Position numbers and translations under genes: made by a program | DNA from: Halomonas sp. | GTDB taxonomy: Bacteria > Pseudomonadota > Gammaproteobacteria > Pseudomonadales > Halomonadaceae | Reading direction: 5' to 3' | Length of the DNA: 64,000 nt | NCBI GenBank assembly: GCA_020201095.1 | Contig: JAIVHM010000005.1 | Coordinates: 4,953 to 68,952 of the forward strand | Shown: piece by piece, positions 22,041 to 34,851 of the stretch | Layout of the letters: every line of letters begins with the position of its first letter | Numbering within the stretch: the first letter of the stretch is position 1 | The notes under the pieces: model-generated | Database searches by the model: none | Told to the model about the DNA's origin: nothing | Seen by the model: only the letters and a program-made list of their open reading frames with translations

Positions 22041-22697
22041 ATGACGCCTTTTAGCCTGATTGATGCGCAGTTTGTGCCATTTGTCATTGCCATTACGCTT
22101 CTATCGATCACGCCCGGTGTCGATACGTTGCTGGTGATTCGTAATACAGCAAGGGGTGGTTTCCGTGATGGAGTTGCCACTAGCATGGCGATCTGTAGCG
22201 GGCTGTTTGTGCACGCTACCATCTCGGCAATGGGGATTTCGCTGATCTTGTTACAGTCGGCCTGGGCATTTCACGCCTTGAAGCTGGTGGGAGCTGGCTA
22301 TTTGATCTGGCTGGGCGTTAGCAGCCTACTGGCGGCAAGGCGTGGTCAGCCATTGCCGGTAAAAGGTGTGATGGCCCATAACACGGCCGTTTCGCTCTGG
22401 CAGCCGCTTAAAGAAGGGTTTCTATCCAATGTGCTTAACCCCAAGACGGTGGTGTTTTACATGGCATTCCTGCCGCAGTTCATTGCCCCGAGTGATCCTG
22501 CGCTGGCCAAATCGCTATGGTTGGCAGGCGTACATTTCGTGATCGCCAACCTCTGGCAAATCAGCGTGGTACTGATGGTCGGCAGCGCCGGAAAATGGTT
22601 GGCAAGCGCACGCTTTGCGCAAACGCTTAACGCCATGACCGGCGCTGTACTGGTGATGCTGGGGATTCGTCTGGCCTTCTCGCAGCGGCCGGTGTAA
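22041..22697 (+). CDS. LysE/RhtB family amino-acid exporter
   Basis: ITPGVD, GAGYLIWLG, NVLNPK motifs; hydrophobic throughout. Confidence 0.92.
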   Translation: MTPFSLIDAQFVPFVIAITLLSITPGVDTLLVIRNTARGGFRDGVATSMAICSGLFVHATISAMGISLILLQSAWAFHALKLVGAGYLIWLGVSSLLAARRGQPLPVKGVMAHNTAVSLWQPLKEGFLSNVLNPKTVVFYMAFLPQFIAPSDPALAKSLWLAGVHFVIANLWQISVVLMVGSAGKWLASARFAQTLNAMTGAVLVMLGIRLAFSQRPV

Positions 22698-22727
22698 CGC
22701 GGCCGCTGCTCATTTGCCAGGTGCGTA

Positions 22728-24662
22728 TTAATTGCGAATCACTAGCGCCCGGTTGTATCGCACTTGCTTTTCACCATCGCTTAGCAGTGACACGCCGTCG
22801 CTTGAGCCGTTGGCGAGGCTTTCAAAAATAGCGCGGTAAGTAAGTACGGCCTGGACGTAGTCGCGCGTTTCACGATAGGGAATGCGCTCCACAAACAGGT
22901 CAAAGGACTCGATACTGTAATCCCCCAACCAGCGATCCACTCGCCCGGGGCCTGCGTTGTAGGCAGCCGCCGCGGCGAGACGATTGGCCTGGTAGCGTTG
23001 CAACTTGTCGCGTAGATAAGTGCTGCCCAGACGAATATTCAGCTCCGGGTCGAGAACGCCGTAGGGGCCAGGTTCATCGAGATCCAGTTGGCGACTTACC
23101 TGAGCCGCGGTGCCAGGCATAAGCTGCATCAGCCCTCGGGCGCCGGCGGGTGACAGGGCGCTAGGATTATAGGCGCTTTCACGCCGGGTAATCGCCATTA
23201 GCAGGTAGGGGTCTACGCCGCTAATGCGCCCCCAATGGATGAAATCATCGTGGTAGGCCTGCGGGAAGCGCCACTCGAGAGCATCCCACATGCCAGCGGC
23301 GATGGTCGTCTGTACCAGCCGCGCATACCAACCCTTTTGTTCCGCGAAATCGGCCAGCGCTCGGGCCTCTTCGGTGGATGCCTGCTGAACGGCATGCAGC
23401 CATTCGCTGTTGGCTAATCCATCCTCGCCAATGCGCATTAATGCCTGGGTACGCTGCACCGCTGGAAGTTGTGCGATACGCTCGCGGGATGCGTCATCAA
23501 AATAAAACCGTTCGTTGTTAAGTGCCAGCGGCTGCCCCAAGCGCTCGGCTGCGGCAAAGCCATAGAAACTGCGCTGTGAAGCGGCTTGCTGGAAATGGCT
23601 TTCTGCAGCGGTCTGGTCGCCTAGCTGTTCGCTGGCCCGGGCAAGCCAGTATTGCCAACGCGCGTCCGCTTGCTGCTCGGCGGGCATTTGGGTAATCCAC
23701 TGGCGCACCGTGTCCCACTGCTGTGCTTGGAGGGCGCGGCGAACCCTTAATTCGAACACGCGTTCGCTCTCCAAGCGTGGCAAAACGCTATCGACCCAGT
23801 TCATCGAATTGGGCACTTCACGGACCAGCACGTAATACGCCAGTTCTTCTTCGATAAGGCGCTGATCGCTGGGCATCAGACTCAACCGCTCGGCCAGGGA
23901 ACGCCACACGGAGAGCGCTTGCGGGGTGTCATCAAGCGTAAGGCGCTGCATGGCCGTCTGATAAAAAGTGGCTGTTGCCGCGCATTCCGGACCCAAACAG
24001 GTGGGCGCGCTGAGTAAGCGCTGAGGGTCGCTATCCACCGCTTCGTAGGTCTCAATGGCGGTTTGCCAGGCCCCGCTTAATTGATCGCTCAGATAGTCGG
24101 CCAGCCGGCGATTGTCAGCCTGCCAGGCCAGCATCTGGCGCTGCCAAATCGCTTCGTCGTCGATCGTGCCGTCAGCTTTCAAACGCCTAAACAGCGAATC
24201 ACAGGCGTTGGGCTGAGATTGCCCCACAAGCCAGAGGCGGAGTCCTGCTTCCGCCGCTTGTTGAGGCTCGGTGTCAAAATGGGCCGTGTGGTAGTGGCAC
24301 TGCCGGGCAGCACCGTTTGGCTCTCCATTGCTGACTGCCTGGACATTGCCGTATTGGCCTGCTTCCCCATATTGGTCAATCGCCTGACCGCGCATCCATT
24401 CACTTAGCGGCGAATCGCTGTGGGTATCGATATAGCGGTTGATTGTTTCCGGCGGCAGGTTAGGGAGCTGATTGCGCAATCGATGATAGCTGACATAGCC
24501 ACTTAACGGATGATCTTCAATGGCCGCCATGTCAATGCGATCCCACTCTTGGTTGCGAGCAGCATCAAGTACGTCGCGCATTGCACTGTCGCTTAGGGCC
24601 CATGACATACTTGGCAAACAGGCAATGAAAGCAATGGATAATACGCGGGCAGAGCAGGGCAT
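22728..24662 (-). CDS. slt: Soluble lytic murein transglycosylase (Slt70-like)
   Basis: Signal peptide, helical repeats, RRESAY, GLMQLMPGTA, AAYNAGPGRV, ETRDYV. Confidence 0.93.
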   Translation of the reverse strand: MPCSARVLSIAFIACLPSMSWALSDSAMRDVLDAARNQEWDRIDMAAIEDHPLSGYVSYHRLRNQLPNLPPETINRYIDTHSDSPLSEWMRGQAIDQYGEAGQYGNVQAVSNGEPNGAARQCHYHTAHFDTEPQQAAEAGLRLWLVGQSQPNACDSLFRRLKADGTIDDEAIWQRQMLAWQADNRRLADYLSDQLSGAWQTAIETYEAVDSDPQRLLSAPTCLGPECAATATFYQTAMQRLTLDDTPQALSVWRSLAERLSLMPSDQRLIEEELAYYVLVREVPNSMNWVDSVLPRLESERVFELRVRRALQAQQWDTVRQWITQMPAEQQADARWQYWLARASEQLGDQTAAESHFQQAASQRSFYGFAAAERLGQPLALNNERFYFDDASRERIAQLPAVQRTQALMRIGEDGLANSEWLHAVQQASTEEARALADFAEQKGWYARLVQTTIAAGMWDALEWRFPQAYHDDFIHWGRISGVDPYLLMAITRRESAYNPSALSPAGARGLMQLMPGTAAQVSRQLDLDEPGPYGVLDPELNIRLGSTYLRDKLQRYQANRLAAAAAYNAGPGRVDRWLGDYSIESFDLFVERIPYRETRDYVQAVLTYRAIFESLANGSSDGVSLLSDGEKQVRYNRALVIRN

Positions 24663-24760
24663 GGTGCTTCCTCAATACGGCATTGGGTGGCCTTCGTGGG
24701 ACTGAACTATCCTAACGCAGAAAACTCTGATAACCGAACGTCTTAAAGGATTCAATACTG

Positions 24761-25108
24761 ATGGCTCTAATATCCAAGTGGTGGTGGCTACGCCGACTTA
24801 AATCCCGCGCCTGGGTATTTAAGCGTATGTGGCGTGCGCTGACATTGTTTTTCCCGATGACGCGTGACGTCGTCAAGGGGCGTTTTCGGCCAGTTCCCTG
24901 GCGGGCCTTTGGGCTGATGGCAGTGGCGTTGATTTATCTGGTGTTACCGTTTGACTTGATCCCCGATTTTCTTATGTTGGTCGGCGTGGTTGACGATGTC
25001 GTCATTGTGGGTTGGTTGCTCAATCGCATGGACCAACAGTTGGCCGGCTATCGCGCCTGGAAATACCCCGAGAGTGAATCCGCTAACTCCCCGCACACAA
25101 CCGCTTGA
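24761..25108 (+). CDS. YkvA/DUF1232 family small membrane protein
   Basis: YLVLPFDLIPDFL..VGVVDD signature. Confidence 0.88.
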   Translation: MALISKWWWLRRLKSRAWVFKRMWRALTLFFPMTRDVVKGRFRPVPWRAFGLMAVALIYLVLPFDLIPDFLMLVGVVDDVVIVGWLLNRMDQQLAGYRAWKYPESESANSPHTTA

Positions 25109-25131
25109 AAAATTCTCCCTAAGCCCCATAT
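25104..25131 (+). promoter_or_regulatory. Sigma32 (RpoH) heat-shock promoter of htpG
   Basis: CTTGAAA-13 bp-CCCCATAT matches the RpoH consensus, ~80 bp upstream of htpG. Confidence 0.9.
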
Positions 25132-25208
25132 CTCGTTCACATTAACTTTTATGCCTTCGCCACCTTGGCTAGGCGCTTTACGTACCGAGATCAATGAGGG
25201 CTGAGCGA

Positions 25209-27113
25209 ATGTCCAACACGACCCACGAAGAAACCCTTGGCTTTCAAACGGAAGTTAAGCAGCTGCTGAATCTGATGATTCATTCGCTGTACTCCAACCG
25301 GGAAATTTTCCTGCGCGAACTGATATCCAACGCTGCTGACGCCTGTGACAAGCTGCGCTACGCCGCGCTGGATAACGATGGGCTCTACGAAGGCGACAGC
25401 GAACTACGTGTCGAGATTGAACACGACGCCGAGGCCGGAACGGTAACGCTGCGCGATAACGGCATCGGCATGACGCGCGATGATGTGATTGCCAACCTTG
25501 GCACCATTGCGCGCAGCGGTACCTCCGAGTTCCTCAAGCAGCTGTCAGGTGAACAGCAGAAAGACGCTAAGTTGATTGGTCAGTTTGGCGTGGGGTTCTA
25601 TTCCAGCTTTATTGTCGCCGACGATGTAACGGTTCGCACCCGGAAGGCGGGTGAAGACGCAAGTGCTGGCGTGGAATGGCGTTCTAAAGGTGAAGGCGAG
25701 TTCACCGTCGCCGACATCGATCTCGAGCAACACGGCACCGAAATTACCCTGCATCTGAAAGACGACGCCAAAGAGTTTGCCGACGACTTCCGTCTGCAAA
25801 ACCTGGTACGCAAGTACTCGGACCATATCGAAGTGCCGGTTCGCATGCCCAAGACCGAAACGGCCAAGGACGACGAAGGTAACCCGGTTGAAGGCAGCGA
25901 AGTCACTACCTGGGAAACCGTCAACGAAGCCACGGCGCTGTGGGTGCGCCCGAAGAGCGATATTTCCGATGACGAGTACAAGGCGTTCTACAAGCACGTG
26001 GCCCACGACTTCAGCGACCCGCTCACCTGGAGCCATAACAAGGTAGAAGGCAAGCTGGAATATACCAGCCTGCTGTTTGTCCCCGGTCGCGCGCCGTTTG
26101 ATATGTTCGACCGCGACGGTGCCCGTGGCGTGAAGCTCTATGTTCAGCGTGTCTTCATCATGGACGATGCCGAGCAATTCCTGCCGCTTTATCTGCGCTT
26201 CATCAAAGGCGTGCTGGATACCCGTGACCTGTCGCTGAACGTATCCCGCGAGCTTCTTCAGCAGGACCCCAAGGTCGACAAGATCAAAGGTGCGTTGACC
26301 AAACGGGCATTGGATATGCTCAAGAAGCTCTCCAAGGACAGCGAGCAGTACCAAACCTTCTGGAACACCTTTGGTAGCGTGCTGAAAGAAGGGCCAGGCG
26401 AAGACGCGGCCAACCGCGAAAAAATTGCTGGCCTACTGCGCTTTGCCTCGACCCACAGCGACACCGCCGCCCAGGAACATTCGCTGGCCGACTACGTGGC
26501 GCGGATGAAAGAAGGGCAGCAAAAAATCTACTACGTAGTAGCCGACAGCTTTAATGCCGCCAAGCACAGCCCGCACCTGGAAATCTTCCGTAAAAAAGGC
26601 ATCGAGGTGCTGCTGCTTTCTGACCGTATTGACGACTGGTTGATGAGCCACCTCACTGAGTTTGACGGCACATCCTTTGCTGATGTGGGTAAAGGCGAAC
26701 TCGATCTTGGCGATGTGGAAGACGAAGCCGAGAAAAAAGAGCAGGAAGAAACCGCCAAAGCCAAGGAATCACTAGTTAAACGCGTCAAGGAAGCCCTGGG
26801 CGAAGGCGTGCAGGATGTCAAAGTCACCCACCGCCTAACCGACTCGCCAGCCTGTGTGGTGCTTCCGGAGCACGAAATGGGCTATCAGATGCGCCGCATC
26901 ATGGAAGCCGCCGGTCAACCGATGCCCGAGGTCAAGCCGATTCTGGAGCTGAATCCCAGCCATTCGCTGGTCGCACGGCTGGAAAGTGCTGACGACGGGC
27001 TGTTTGCTGATTTGGCACATATTCTGCTTGATCAGGCGATTATCGCCGAAGGCGGCCACCTGGATGATCCGGCCGCTTACGTGAAGCGCCTCAACGGGGT
27101 GCTGGCGGCATAA
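25209..27113 (+). CDS. htpG: Hsp90 chaperone HtpG
   Basis: [39 protein letters not shown]. Confidence 0.98.
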   Translation: MSNTTHEETLGFQTEVKQLLNLMIHSLYSNREIFLRELISNAADACDKLRYAALDNDGLYEGDSELRVEIEHDAEAGTVTLRDNGIGMTRDDVIANLGTIARSGTSEFLKQLSGEQQKDAKLIGQFGVGFYSSFIVADDVTVRTRKAGEDASAGVEWRSKGEGEFTVADIDLEQHGTEITLHLKDDAKEFADDFRLQNLVRKYSDHIEVPVRMPKTETAKDDEGNPVEGSEVTTWETVNEATALWVRPKSDISDDEYKAFYKHVAHDFSDPLTWSHNKVEGKLEYTSLLFVPGRAPFDMFDRDGARGVKLYVQRVFIMDDAEQFLPLYLRFIKGVLDTRDLSLNVSRELLQQDPKVDKIKGALTKRALDMLKKLSKDSEQYQTFWNTFGSVLKEGPGEDAANREKIAGLLRFASTHSDTAAQEHSLADYVARMKEGQQKIYYVVADSFNAAKHSPHLEIFRKKGIEVLLLSDRIDDWLMSHLTEFDGTSFADVGKGELDLGDVEDEAEKKEQEETAKAKESLVKRVKEALGEGVQDVKVTHRLTDSPACVVLPEHEMGYQMRRIMEAAGQPMPEVKPILELNPSHSLVARLESADDGLFADLAHILLDQAIIAEGGHLDDPAAYVKRLNGVLAA

Positions 27114-27132
27114 CGCTCACTTAACGACGTAT

Positions 27133-27174
27133 AACGGCCCCTTGGGAGTTGCCCCAAGCGGGCCGTTTGTTTTT
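27133..27174 (+). terminator. Intrinsic terminator after htpG
   Basis: AACGGCCC.CTTGGG...CCCAAG.GGGCCGTT hairpin followed by TGTTTTT. Confidence 0.75.
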
Positions 27175-27217
27175 GTCGTACCCTTAGTCTTTCGCTTACC
27201 AACGATCCGGGATTCCC

Positions 27218-28285
27218 ATGGCTGAGCAGCAGATTCAGGTCGCCGTACTGGGCGGCGGTAGTTTTGGCACCGCCCTGGCTAGCATTGCCGCTGACAACGG
27301 TGCGCAGGTGCGTCAATGGATGCGTGATGAGGCGCTGGTGGAGCAGATCAACCAGGATCGGCGCAACGGCCGCTACTTGCCGAATTATGCGATTAACCCC
27401 GCTGTACAGGCGTCTACCGATCTTGAAACGGTGTTGCACGATGCTGAGCTGGTGCTGATTGCGATTCCGTCCCAGGCTTTTCGCAGCGTTGTTCAGGCGG
27501 CCAAACCGTGGTTAAGGCCAGAGCAGATCCTGGTCAGTACCACCAAAGGGATTGAGCAATCCGGCTTTTTATTGATGAGCCAGGTACTTGAGCAGGAAAC
27601 CGGCTTCGCCCATATCGGGGTGATTTCGGGTCCCAACCTCGCTTCGGAAATTGCCGATAAACAGCTCACCGCCACGGTGATTGCCAGCGCCGATGCCCTG
27701 ACTCGCACCCGGGTTCAGCAGGCGCTTGGTTGCCGTTACTTCCGTGTCTATGCCAGCAATGACCGCCACGGTGCTGAACTGGGTGGGGCGTTGAAAAATA
27801 TCTACGCGATTGCCGCGGGCATGGCTGCGGCACTCGGCATGGGTGAGAATACCCGCAGTATGCTGATGACCCGGGCACTGGCCGAAATGAGCCGCTTTGC
27901 GGTTGCCCAGGGGGCTAACCCCATGACGTTTTTGGGCCTTGCCGGGGTGGGGGATTTAATCGTCACCTGCTCGTCAGACCTGTCGCGTAACTACCGGGTA
28001 GGGCATGCCATCGGCGAGGGCCGGTCGCTGGATGAAGCCGTGGATGCGCTTGGCCAGGTGGCGGAAGGCGTCAATACCGTCAAACTCGTGTATACCAAGG
28101 CGGCCGAGATCGGCGTTTACATGCCGCTGGCGGAAGGTCTCTATCACGTGCTGTTTGACGGTGTGCCGGCCCAGGAGATGGCGCGTACGTTAATGATGGG
28201 CGAGCAAAGCAGCGACGTTGAGTTCATTTTGCCGCGCGAAGACGTCCAGCAAGCCCACCGTGATACAGGACATTGGCATGAATGA
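27218..28285 (+). CDS. gpsA: NAD(P)H-dependent glycerol-3-phosphate dehydrogenase
   Basis: [46 protein letters not shown]. Confidence 0.96.
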   Translation: MAEQQIQVAVLGGGSFGTALASIAADNGAQVRQWMRDEALVEQINQDRRNGRYLPNYAINPAVQASTDLETVLHDAELVLIAIPSQAFRSVVQAAKPWLRPEQILVSTTKGIEQSGFLLMSQVLEQETGFAHIGVISGPNLASEIADKQLTATVIASADALTRTRVQQALGCRYFRVYASNDRHGAELGGALKNIYAIAAGMAAALGMGENTRSMLMTRALAEMSRFAVAQGANPMTFLGLAGVGDLIVTCSSDLSRNYRVGHAIGEGRSLDEAVDALGQVAEGVNTVKLVYTKAAEIGVYMPLAEGLYHVLFDGVPAQEMARTLMMGEQSSDVEFILPREDVQQAHRDTGHWHE

Positions 28286-28772
28286 GTCACCAACCCAACA
28301 GCTCTGGCTAATGCGCCACGGTGAAGCGGGCCCAGGACGACCTGATGAACAGCGAACGCTGACAACCCACGGCGAGAAAGAAGTTGCCAAGGTCGGGGCA
28401 TGGCTGGCCGCGCATATAGCGGCCCAGGCAGGGGCGCCGCCAAGGCTGCTGGCAAGTCCCTTTCGTCGCGCTCAGCAGACGGCCGCGCAGTTGAGTGAGG
28501 CGCTGTCAGTGCCGGTGGAAACCCTGCCGCTGATCACCCCGGACGACGCCCCCGAAGCGGTCATCAACTGGCTGGTCGAGCAAACCGATGAGCGGCTGAT
28601 TCTGGTCAGCCATATGCCGTTGGTAGGCGAGCTTACCGAGACGCTGGTCGAAGGTCGCTCAGCCCGCGGCGTCGGATTCCCCACCGCAGGGCTTGCCGAG
28701 TTCACCGCACCAGTGTGGGCAAAAGGCTGCGCGCAGCTGACGCGTTTTCTGCACCCTGGCCAGTTGGACTAA
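28278..28772 (+). CDS. sixA: Phosphohistidine phosphatase SixA
   Basis: [23 protein letters not shown]. Confidence 0.88.
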   Translation: MNESPTQQLWLMRHGEAGPGRPDEQRTLTTHGEKEVAKVGAWLAAHIAAQAGAPPRLLASPFRRAQQTAAQLSEALSVPVETLPLITPDDAPEAVINWLVEQTDERLILVSHMPLVGELTETLVEGRSARGVGFPTAGLAEFTAPVWAKGCAQLTRFLHPGQLD

Positions 28773-28773
28773 C

Positions 28774-28798
28774 AAAAACGGCCGCAAAAGCGGCCGTT
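28774..28798. terminator. Terminator between sixA and gatB
   Basis: AAAAACGGCCGC-AAAA-GCGGCCGTT. Confidence 0.8.
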
Positions 28799-28817
28799 GT
28801 CTAACGAGCATTGCTAT

Positions 28818-30272
28818 TCACAGCAGTGCGTCAAGTTTCTCTTTAAGCAGGCCGTTTACCTGCTGGGGGTTGGCAGTGCCGCGGGAGGCCTTCATGACCT
28901 GGCCGACGAAATAGCCAATCATCTTGCCGCGCTTCTCGGGTTCGGCGTCGCAATACTGGGCTACCTGAGCGGGGCTGTCGGCAATCACCTGGTCAATCAT
29001 CGCTTCGATGGCGCCGGTGTCGGTGACCTGCTTTAACCCTTTCGCCTCGATGATGGCATCGGCGCTTGTGCCTTCCCCGTGCCACAGCCCCTGAAACACC
29101 TCTTTGGCGGCTTTGCCGTTAATGGTGTCGTCAAGCACGCGCTGGACCAGCTCACCCAGTTGGCCGGCAGTGACCGGGCTGTTGGCGATGCTGAGGTTTT
29201 CGCGGTTGAGCGCGCCGGACAGCTCACCCTGCACCCAGTTGGCGGCCTGCTTGGCATCGCCACAGACGCGGTGGACTTCCTCGAAATATTCTGCCATGTC
29301 GCGGCTGGCGGACAGTACGGAGGCATCATAGGCCGAGAGGCCTAGCGCCTGCTGAAAACGTTCGCGTTTTTCAGCAGGCAGCTCCGGTAGCTGGCTGCGC
29401 AGATGATCCAGGTAAGCTTGGTCGAGCACCACCGGCAGCAAGTCGGGGCAGGGGAAGTAGCGGTAGTCGTTGGCTTCTTCCTTGGTGCGCATGCTGCGTG
29501 TCTCGTCGCGCTCAGGGTCGAACAGGCGGGTCTCCTGGACGACCTTGCCACCATCCTCAATCAGCTCGATCTGCCGCTCGACTTCAAAAGCAATGGCGCG
29601 TTCCACAAAACGGAAGGAGTTGACGTTCTTGATTTCGGCCCGGGTGCCAAAGGCTTCCTGGCCCTTGGGGCGCACCGAGACGTTGACGTCGCAGCGCATC
29701 GAGCCTTCCGCCATGTTGCCGTCGGAAATGCCCAGGTAGGTGACAATCGAATGAATCGCCTTGAGGTAGGCGGCTGCCTCTTTGGCGCTGCGCATATCCG
29801 GCTCTGAAACGATCTCAAGCAGCGGCGTGCCCGCGCGATTCAGGTCAATACCGGTCATACCGTGGAAGTCTTCGTGCAGGGATTTCCCCGCGTCTTCTTC
29901 CAGGTGGGCATGGTGGATGCGAATCCGGTGGGTGGTGTCATCATCCAGGGTGATCTCAACCTCGCCGGGGCCCACGATGGGGTGGTACATCTGGCTGGTC
30001 TGATAGCCCTTCGGCAAATCGGGATAGAAGTAATTTTTACGGTCAAACACCGATACTTCGGCGATATCGGCATGCACGGCGAGGCCAAACTGCACCGCCA
30101 TGGCAACGGCTTGTTCGTTGAGTACCGGCAGCACGCCAGGCAGGCCCAGGTCGACCGCGCAGGCCTGGCTGTTCGGTTCAGCGCCGAAAGCGGTTGAGGC
30201 GCCGGAGAAAATCTTCGAGTGGGTGGCAAGTTGAACGTGGACTTCTAGCCCAATCACGGTTTCCCATTGCAT
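28818..30272 (-). CDS. gatB: Asp/Glu-tRNA amidotransferase subunit B
   Basis: [39 protein letters not shown]. Confidence 0.98.
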   Translation of the reverse strand: MQWETVIGLEVHVQLATHSKIFSGASTAFGAEPNSQACAVDLGLPGVLPVLNEQAVAMAVQFGLAVHADIAEVSVFDRKNYFYPDLPKGYQTSQMYHPIVGPGEVEITLDDDTTHRIRIHHAHLEEDAGKSLHEDFHGMTGIDLNRAGTPLLEIVSEPDMRSAKEAAAYLKAIHSIVTYLGISDGNMAEGSMRCDVNVSVRPKGQEAFGTRAEIKNVNSFRFVERAIAFEVERQIELIEDGGKVVQETRLFDPERDETRSMRTKEEANDYRYFPCPDLLPVVLDQAYLDHLRSQLPELPAEKRERFQQALGLSAYDASVLSASRDMAEYFEEVHRVCGDAKQAANWVQGELSGALNRENLSIANSPVTAGQLGELVQRVLDDTINGKAAKEVFQGLWHGEGTSADAIIEAKGLKQVTDTGAIEAMIDQVIADSPAQVAQYCDAEPEKRGKMIGYFVGQVMKASRGTANPQQVNGLLKEKLDALL

Positions 30273-31732
30273 CAGGCGCTCTCCTCGGCGAAATCAGGGC
30301 GTTGTAAGTGCCAATCGGTCGTTTGCTGGAACTGGTGGGCAACATTCAACAGTTGGGCTTCGGCAAAGTGGGTGCCCAGTATCTGCAAGCCCACGGGACG
30401 GCGGTCTACAAAACCGGCCGGTACACTGATACCGGGAATGCCTGCGAGGTTTACCGCGATTGTGTAGATATCCTGCAGGTACATCGAGACTGGGTCCTTC
30501 TTGGCGCCCAGATCGAATGCCGGTGTTGGCGAGGCAGGCCCCATCAGCACGTCCACGTCTTCAAATGCATCCAGGAAGTCCTGGCGAATCAAGCGGCGAA
30601 CTTTTTGCGCTTTAGTGTAATAAGCGTCGAAAAAGCCTTCGGACAACGTATGGGTACCGATCAGGATACGGCGCTGTACTTCGTCGCCAAAGCCCTCGGC
30701 ACGCGAGCGCTTGTAGAGGTCGATCAGGTCGCTTGGGTTGTCGCAGCGGTGGCCGAAACGCACGCCGTCAAAGCGCGACAAATTGGATGAGGCTTCGGCA
30801 GGGGCAATGACGTAATAAGCGGGAATGGCGTAATGCGTGTGGGGCAGGCTGACATCCCGCACGGTGGCGCCTAGCGACTCAAAGACACTGACGGCCTCAC
30901 GCACGGCTTTCTCGACCTCAGGGTCGAGGCCTTCGCCGAAATACTCTTTGGGAAGGCCGATTTTTAGCCCCGAGAGCGGCGAATTGAGCGTTTCTGTATA
31001 GTCGGGTACGCCACGGGCGACGCTGGTGGAGTCGCGGCCATCGTGGCCCGCCATGGCGTTTAACAGGTGCGCGCAATCTTCAGCACTGCGTGCCATGGGG
31101 CCGGCCTGGTCAAGACTTGACGCATAGGCGATGATTCCATAACGCGAAACACGGCCGTAGGTTGGCTTGAGGCCGGTAATGCCGCAGAACGCCGCTGGCT
31201 GACGAATCGAGCCACCGGTATCGGTGCCGAGCGCTGCTGGTGTCAGTCCTGCGGCGACGGCCGCTGCACTACCGCCGGAGCTGCCACCCGGCACGGCAGT
31301 AAGGTCCCAGGGGTTTTTAACCGGGCCGTAGTAACTGCTTTCGTTGGAGGAGCCCATGGCAAACTCGTCCATATTGGTTTTGCCAAGCGTCACCGTGCCA
31401 GCTGTCTTGAGTTTTTCCACCACGGTTGCATCGTAGGGCGCGTTAAAATTATCCAGCATCCGGGAGCCACAGCTGGTTTTAATGCCCTGGGTGCAAAAAA
31501 TATCCTTTAGCGCCAGTGGCATGCCGGTCAACAGCCCTGCCGTGCCTTTAGCGCGAGCTTGGTCGGCGGCGTCTGCTTGTTCCAGGGCTTGATCAGCGGT
31601 GACGCTAATAAAACTGTTTAATATTGCACCGCTTTGTTGAATGCGTTGCAGGTAGTGCTCAGTGAGCTCGCGGCTGGATAGTTCACCGCTGCCCAGCGCG
31701 TTGGCAATTTGCGTCAGTGTCTTGTCGTGCAT
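30272..31732 (-). CDS. gatA: Asp/Glu-tRNA amidotransferase subunit A
   Basis: [35 protein letters not shown]. Confidence 0.98.
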   Translation of the reverse strand: MHDKTLTQIANALGSGELSSRELTEHYLQRIQQSGAILNSFISVTADQALEQADAADQARAKGTAGLLTGMPLALKDIFCTQGIKTSCGSRMLDNFNAPYDATVVEKLKTAGTVTLGKTNMDEFAMGSSNESSYYGPVKNPWDLTAVPGGSSGGSAAAVAAGLTPAALGTDTGGSIRQPAAFCGITGLKPTYGRVSRYGIIAYASSLDQAGPMARSAEDCAHLLNAMAGHDGRDSTSVARGVPDYTETLNSPLSGLKIGLPKEYFGEGLDPEVEKAVREAVSVFESLGATVRDVSLPHTHYAIPAYYVIAPAEASSNLSRFDGVRFGHRCDNPSDLIDLYKRSRAEGFGDEVQRRILIGTHTLSEGFFDAYYTKAQKVRRLIRQDFLDAFEDVDVLMGPASPTPAFDLGAKKDPVSMYLQDIYTIAVNLAGIPGISVPAGFVDRRPVGLQILGTHFAEAQLLNVAHQFQQTTDWHLQRPDFAEESA

Positions 31733-31797
31733 GACCTGAGAGCTCCATTCGAAGCAAAAGAGAAGGATGAAAAGGCGGCTAATGCCTGGGCGATGCG

Positions 31798-32085
31798 TTA
31801 CTCGACCACGCGTGGCACCAGGTATAGACCGTTTTCAACCGCTGGCGCGCAGCGCTGGAAAGTGTCGCGTTGATTGGTTTCGGTGACTTCGTCCGCGCGC
31901 AAGCGTTGGGTCGCATCGAGCGGATGGGCCAACGGCGCCACGCCGTCTGTATCGACGCCTTGCAGTTGGTCAACCATGTCCAGGATTCGGCTCAGGTCCT
32001 CTACAAAACCGCTGGCTTGGTCATCGCTGACAGCGATCCGGGCTAGATGGGCGGCCCGGCGCACATGAGAGTCTTCAAGCGCCAT
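31798..32085 (-). CDS. gatC: Asp/Glu-tRNA amidotransferase subunit C
   Basis: [20 protein letters not shown]; upstream of gatA. Confidence 0.95.
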   Translation of the reverse strand: MALEDSHVRRAAHLARIAVSDDQASGFVEDLSRILDMVDQLQGVDTDGVAPLAHPLDATQRLRADEVTETNQRDTFQRCAPAVENGLYLVPRVVE

Positions 32086-32302
32086 GATTGGAAATTCCTC
32101 GCGAAGGTGATGGAACATATCCCGCTGTACGCGGTATACAGTCAGTCATCGTAATAACGTCTTGTGGTGTAGATGTGTAAAATAGCTGCAAAATGTACCA
32201 CATCTTGGCGCAAACGGGCAGTGTCTGGCGCGACTCGAGCTTGCTGCCAGGGGGTTGCGGTGATACCGTTTGCATCCGCATAGGGTTCCCAGTCTGCACT
32301 AG

Positions 32303-33352
<1,050 letters not shown>

Positions 33353-33376
33353 TCGCAGCGGTTAATTGCGGGGGGA

Positions 33377-34321
33377 TTGCCTATCAAGCCGCTGTTTTCG
33401 CACGGCCCTTTACCGGGCTACCGGCTGTTTTTTTGCGTGCTGATTGCCAGTGCGCTGATGTTTGTTGACCAGCGTTTTACGCGTATGGAAAGTGTGCGCG
33501 CTCAGATGTCTGTGGTGGTGGCCCCCATCCAGTGGGTGGTGGGCGTGCCTAGCCGTTTTTTGGACTGGGGATCGCTGGCGTTTTCTGACCAGCAAGCGCT
33601 CGTCGATGAAAATCAGCGTCTGCGTGAGCAAATTCTGACGCTTTCCCACCGCGGGCAACAAATGGCGAATCTCACCAAGGAAAACGACGAATTACGGCGT
33701 TTGCTTGGTGCCGCAGAGCAGCGCGACATTCCCTTTATGACCGCGGAATTGCTGTCTCTTGACAATGACCCCTTTAGTCATCAGATGGTGGTGGATCGTG
33801 GCCATCGTCATGGTGCCTATGTAGGTCAGCCGGTGATTGATGCCACGGGGCTAGTCGGTCAGGTAACAGCTGTTTCTACCTACTCCAGTCGCGTGCTGCT
33901 GGTGGCCGATGCTAGTCATGCTCTGCCGGTGCAAGTCAATCGCAATGGTTTGCGCTTCATTGTCCAGGGCGCGGGACGTTATGGCCGAGTGAACGTGTTG
34001 CATGTGCCGAATACGGCGGATATCCGCGAAGGCGATTTGTTGACCACGTCTGGTTTGGCAGGCCGATTCCCTGCGGGCTACCCCGTTGCTCGTGTGACCG
34101 AAGTTTCCCATGACCCTGGACAACCGTTCGCCCAGGTCACTGCAGAGCCTATGGCCCAATTAAAACGCTCACGCCATTTCTTACTGCTTTCCCCGCCGCC
34201 CCAGACCCCACCCGGTGAGCAACAATGGGACGACTCCCTACGGGTCTCTGTCGAAGCGTTACGCAGTGCCCATCAGGTGGTGAACCCTGACGACCAATCA
34301 TCATCTCAGGAGGTGCCCTGA
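33377..34321 (+). CDS. mreC: Rod shape protein MreC
   Basis: TM + coiled coil, GLVGQV, TSGLAGRFPAGYPV. Confidence 0.95.
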   Translation: MPIKPLFSHGPLPGYRLFFCVLIASALMFVDQRFTRMESVRAQMSVVVAPIQWVVGVPSRFLDWGSLAFSDQQALVDENQRLREQILTLSHRGQQMANLTKENDELRRLLGAAEQRDIPFMTAELLSLDNDPFSHQMVVDRGHRHGAYVGQPVIDATGLVGQVTAVSTYSSRVLLVADASHALPVQVNRNGLRFIVQGAGRYGRVNVLHVPNTADIREGDLLTTSGLAGRFPAGYPVARVTEVSHDPGQPFAQVTAEPMAQLKRSRHFLLLSPPPQTPPGEQQWDDSLRVSVEALRSAHQVVNPDDQSSSQEVP

Positions 34322-34809
34322 TGCCCCGCGTACCGGTAACGCCTTTGGTGGTGGTATGGCTGACCTTGCTGATGGCGCTTTGTCTGCAGGTGATGCCGTT
34401 GGGGGATGAGTGGCAGGTGTTCCGGCCCGAGTGGCTGGGCTTGATGTTGATCTATTGGTGTATGCGCGAGCCCGACCAAGTGGGCGTTTTCCACGGTTTT
34501 GTACTGGGTGTTCTGCTGGACCTGATAGAGGGAACGCCGTTAGGCCATCACGCCATTATGTTTTCGTTGCTGGCGTTTCTGTGTGCGCTTGTGTACGCCC
34601 GTTTTCGCGCCTATTCACTGCTCCAGCAGTCGCTGCTGGTGCTGGTGCTGCTTGGGTTAGTTCAGCTTGTCGACCAATGGTTGCGCAGTCTGGTGGGGGA
34701 TTTTTCCATTCACCTGGCGTTCTTGACGTCGTCGTTGGTCAGTGGAGTGCTGTGGCCTTGGCTTGCGACGATGTTTGCCGCGCTACAACGGCGATCGGCC
34801 GGTACCTGA
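34321..34809 (+). CDS. mreD: Rod shape protein MreD
   Basis: Hydrophobic; RPEW...IYW, GVLLDL; operon position. Confidence 0.93.
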   Translation: MPRVPVTPLVVVWLTLLMALCLQVMPLGDEWQVFRPEWLGLMLIYWCMREPDQVGVFHGFVLGVLLDLIEGTPLGHHAIMFSLLAFLCALVYARFRAYSLLQQSLLVLVLLGLVQLVDQWLRSLVGDFSIHLAFLTSSLVSGVLWPWLATMFAALQRRSAGT

Positions 34810-34851
34810 ATACCGTTTTGCGCTGCCCTGGGCCTTTGATGTGGAGCCGAT

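Noticed and set aside
25545-26354. 269-aa antisense ORF inside htpG (also those inside zapE, mutL and gatB)
   Set aside because: Expected from GC3 codon bias, which suppresses antisense stops; no independent evidence.
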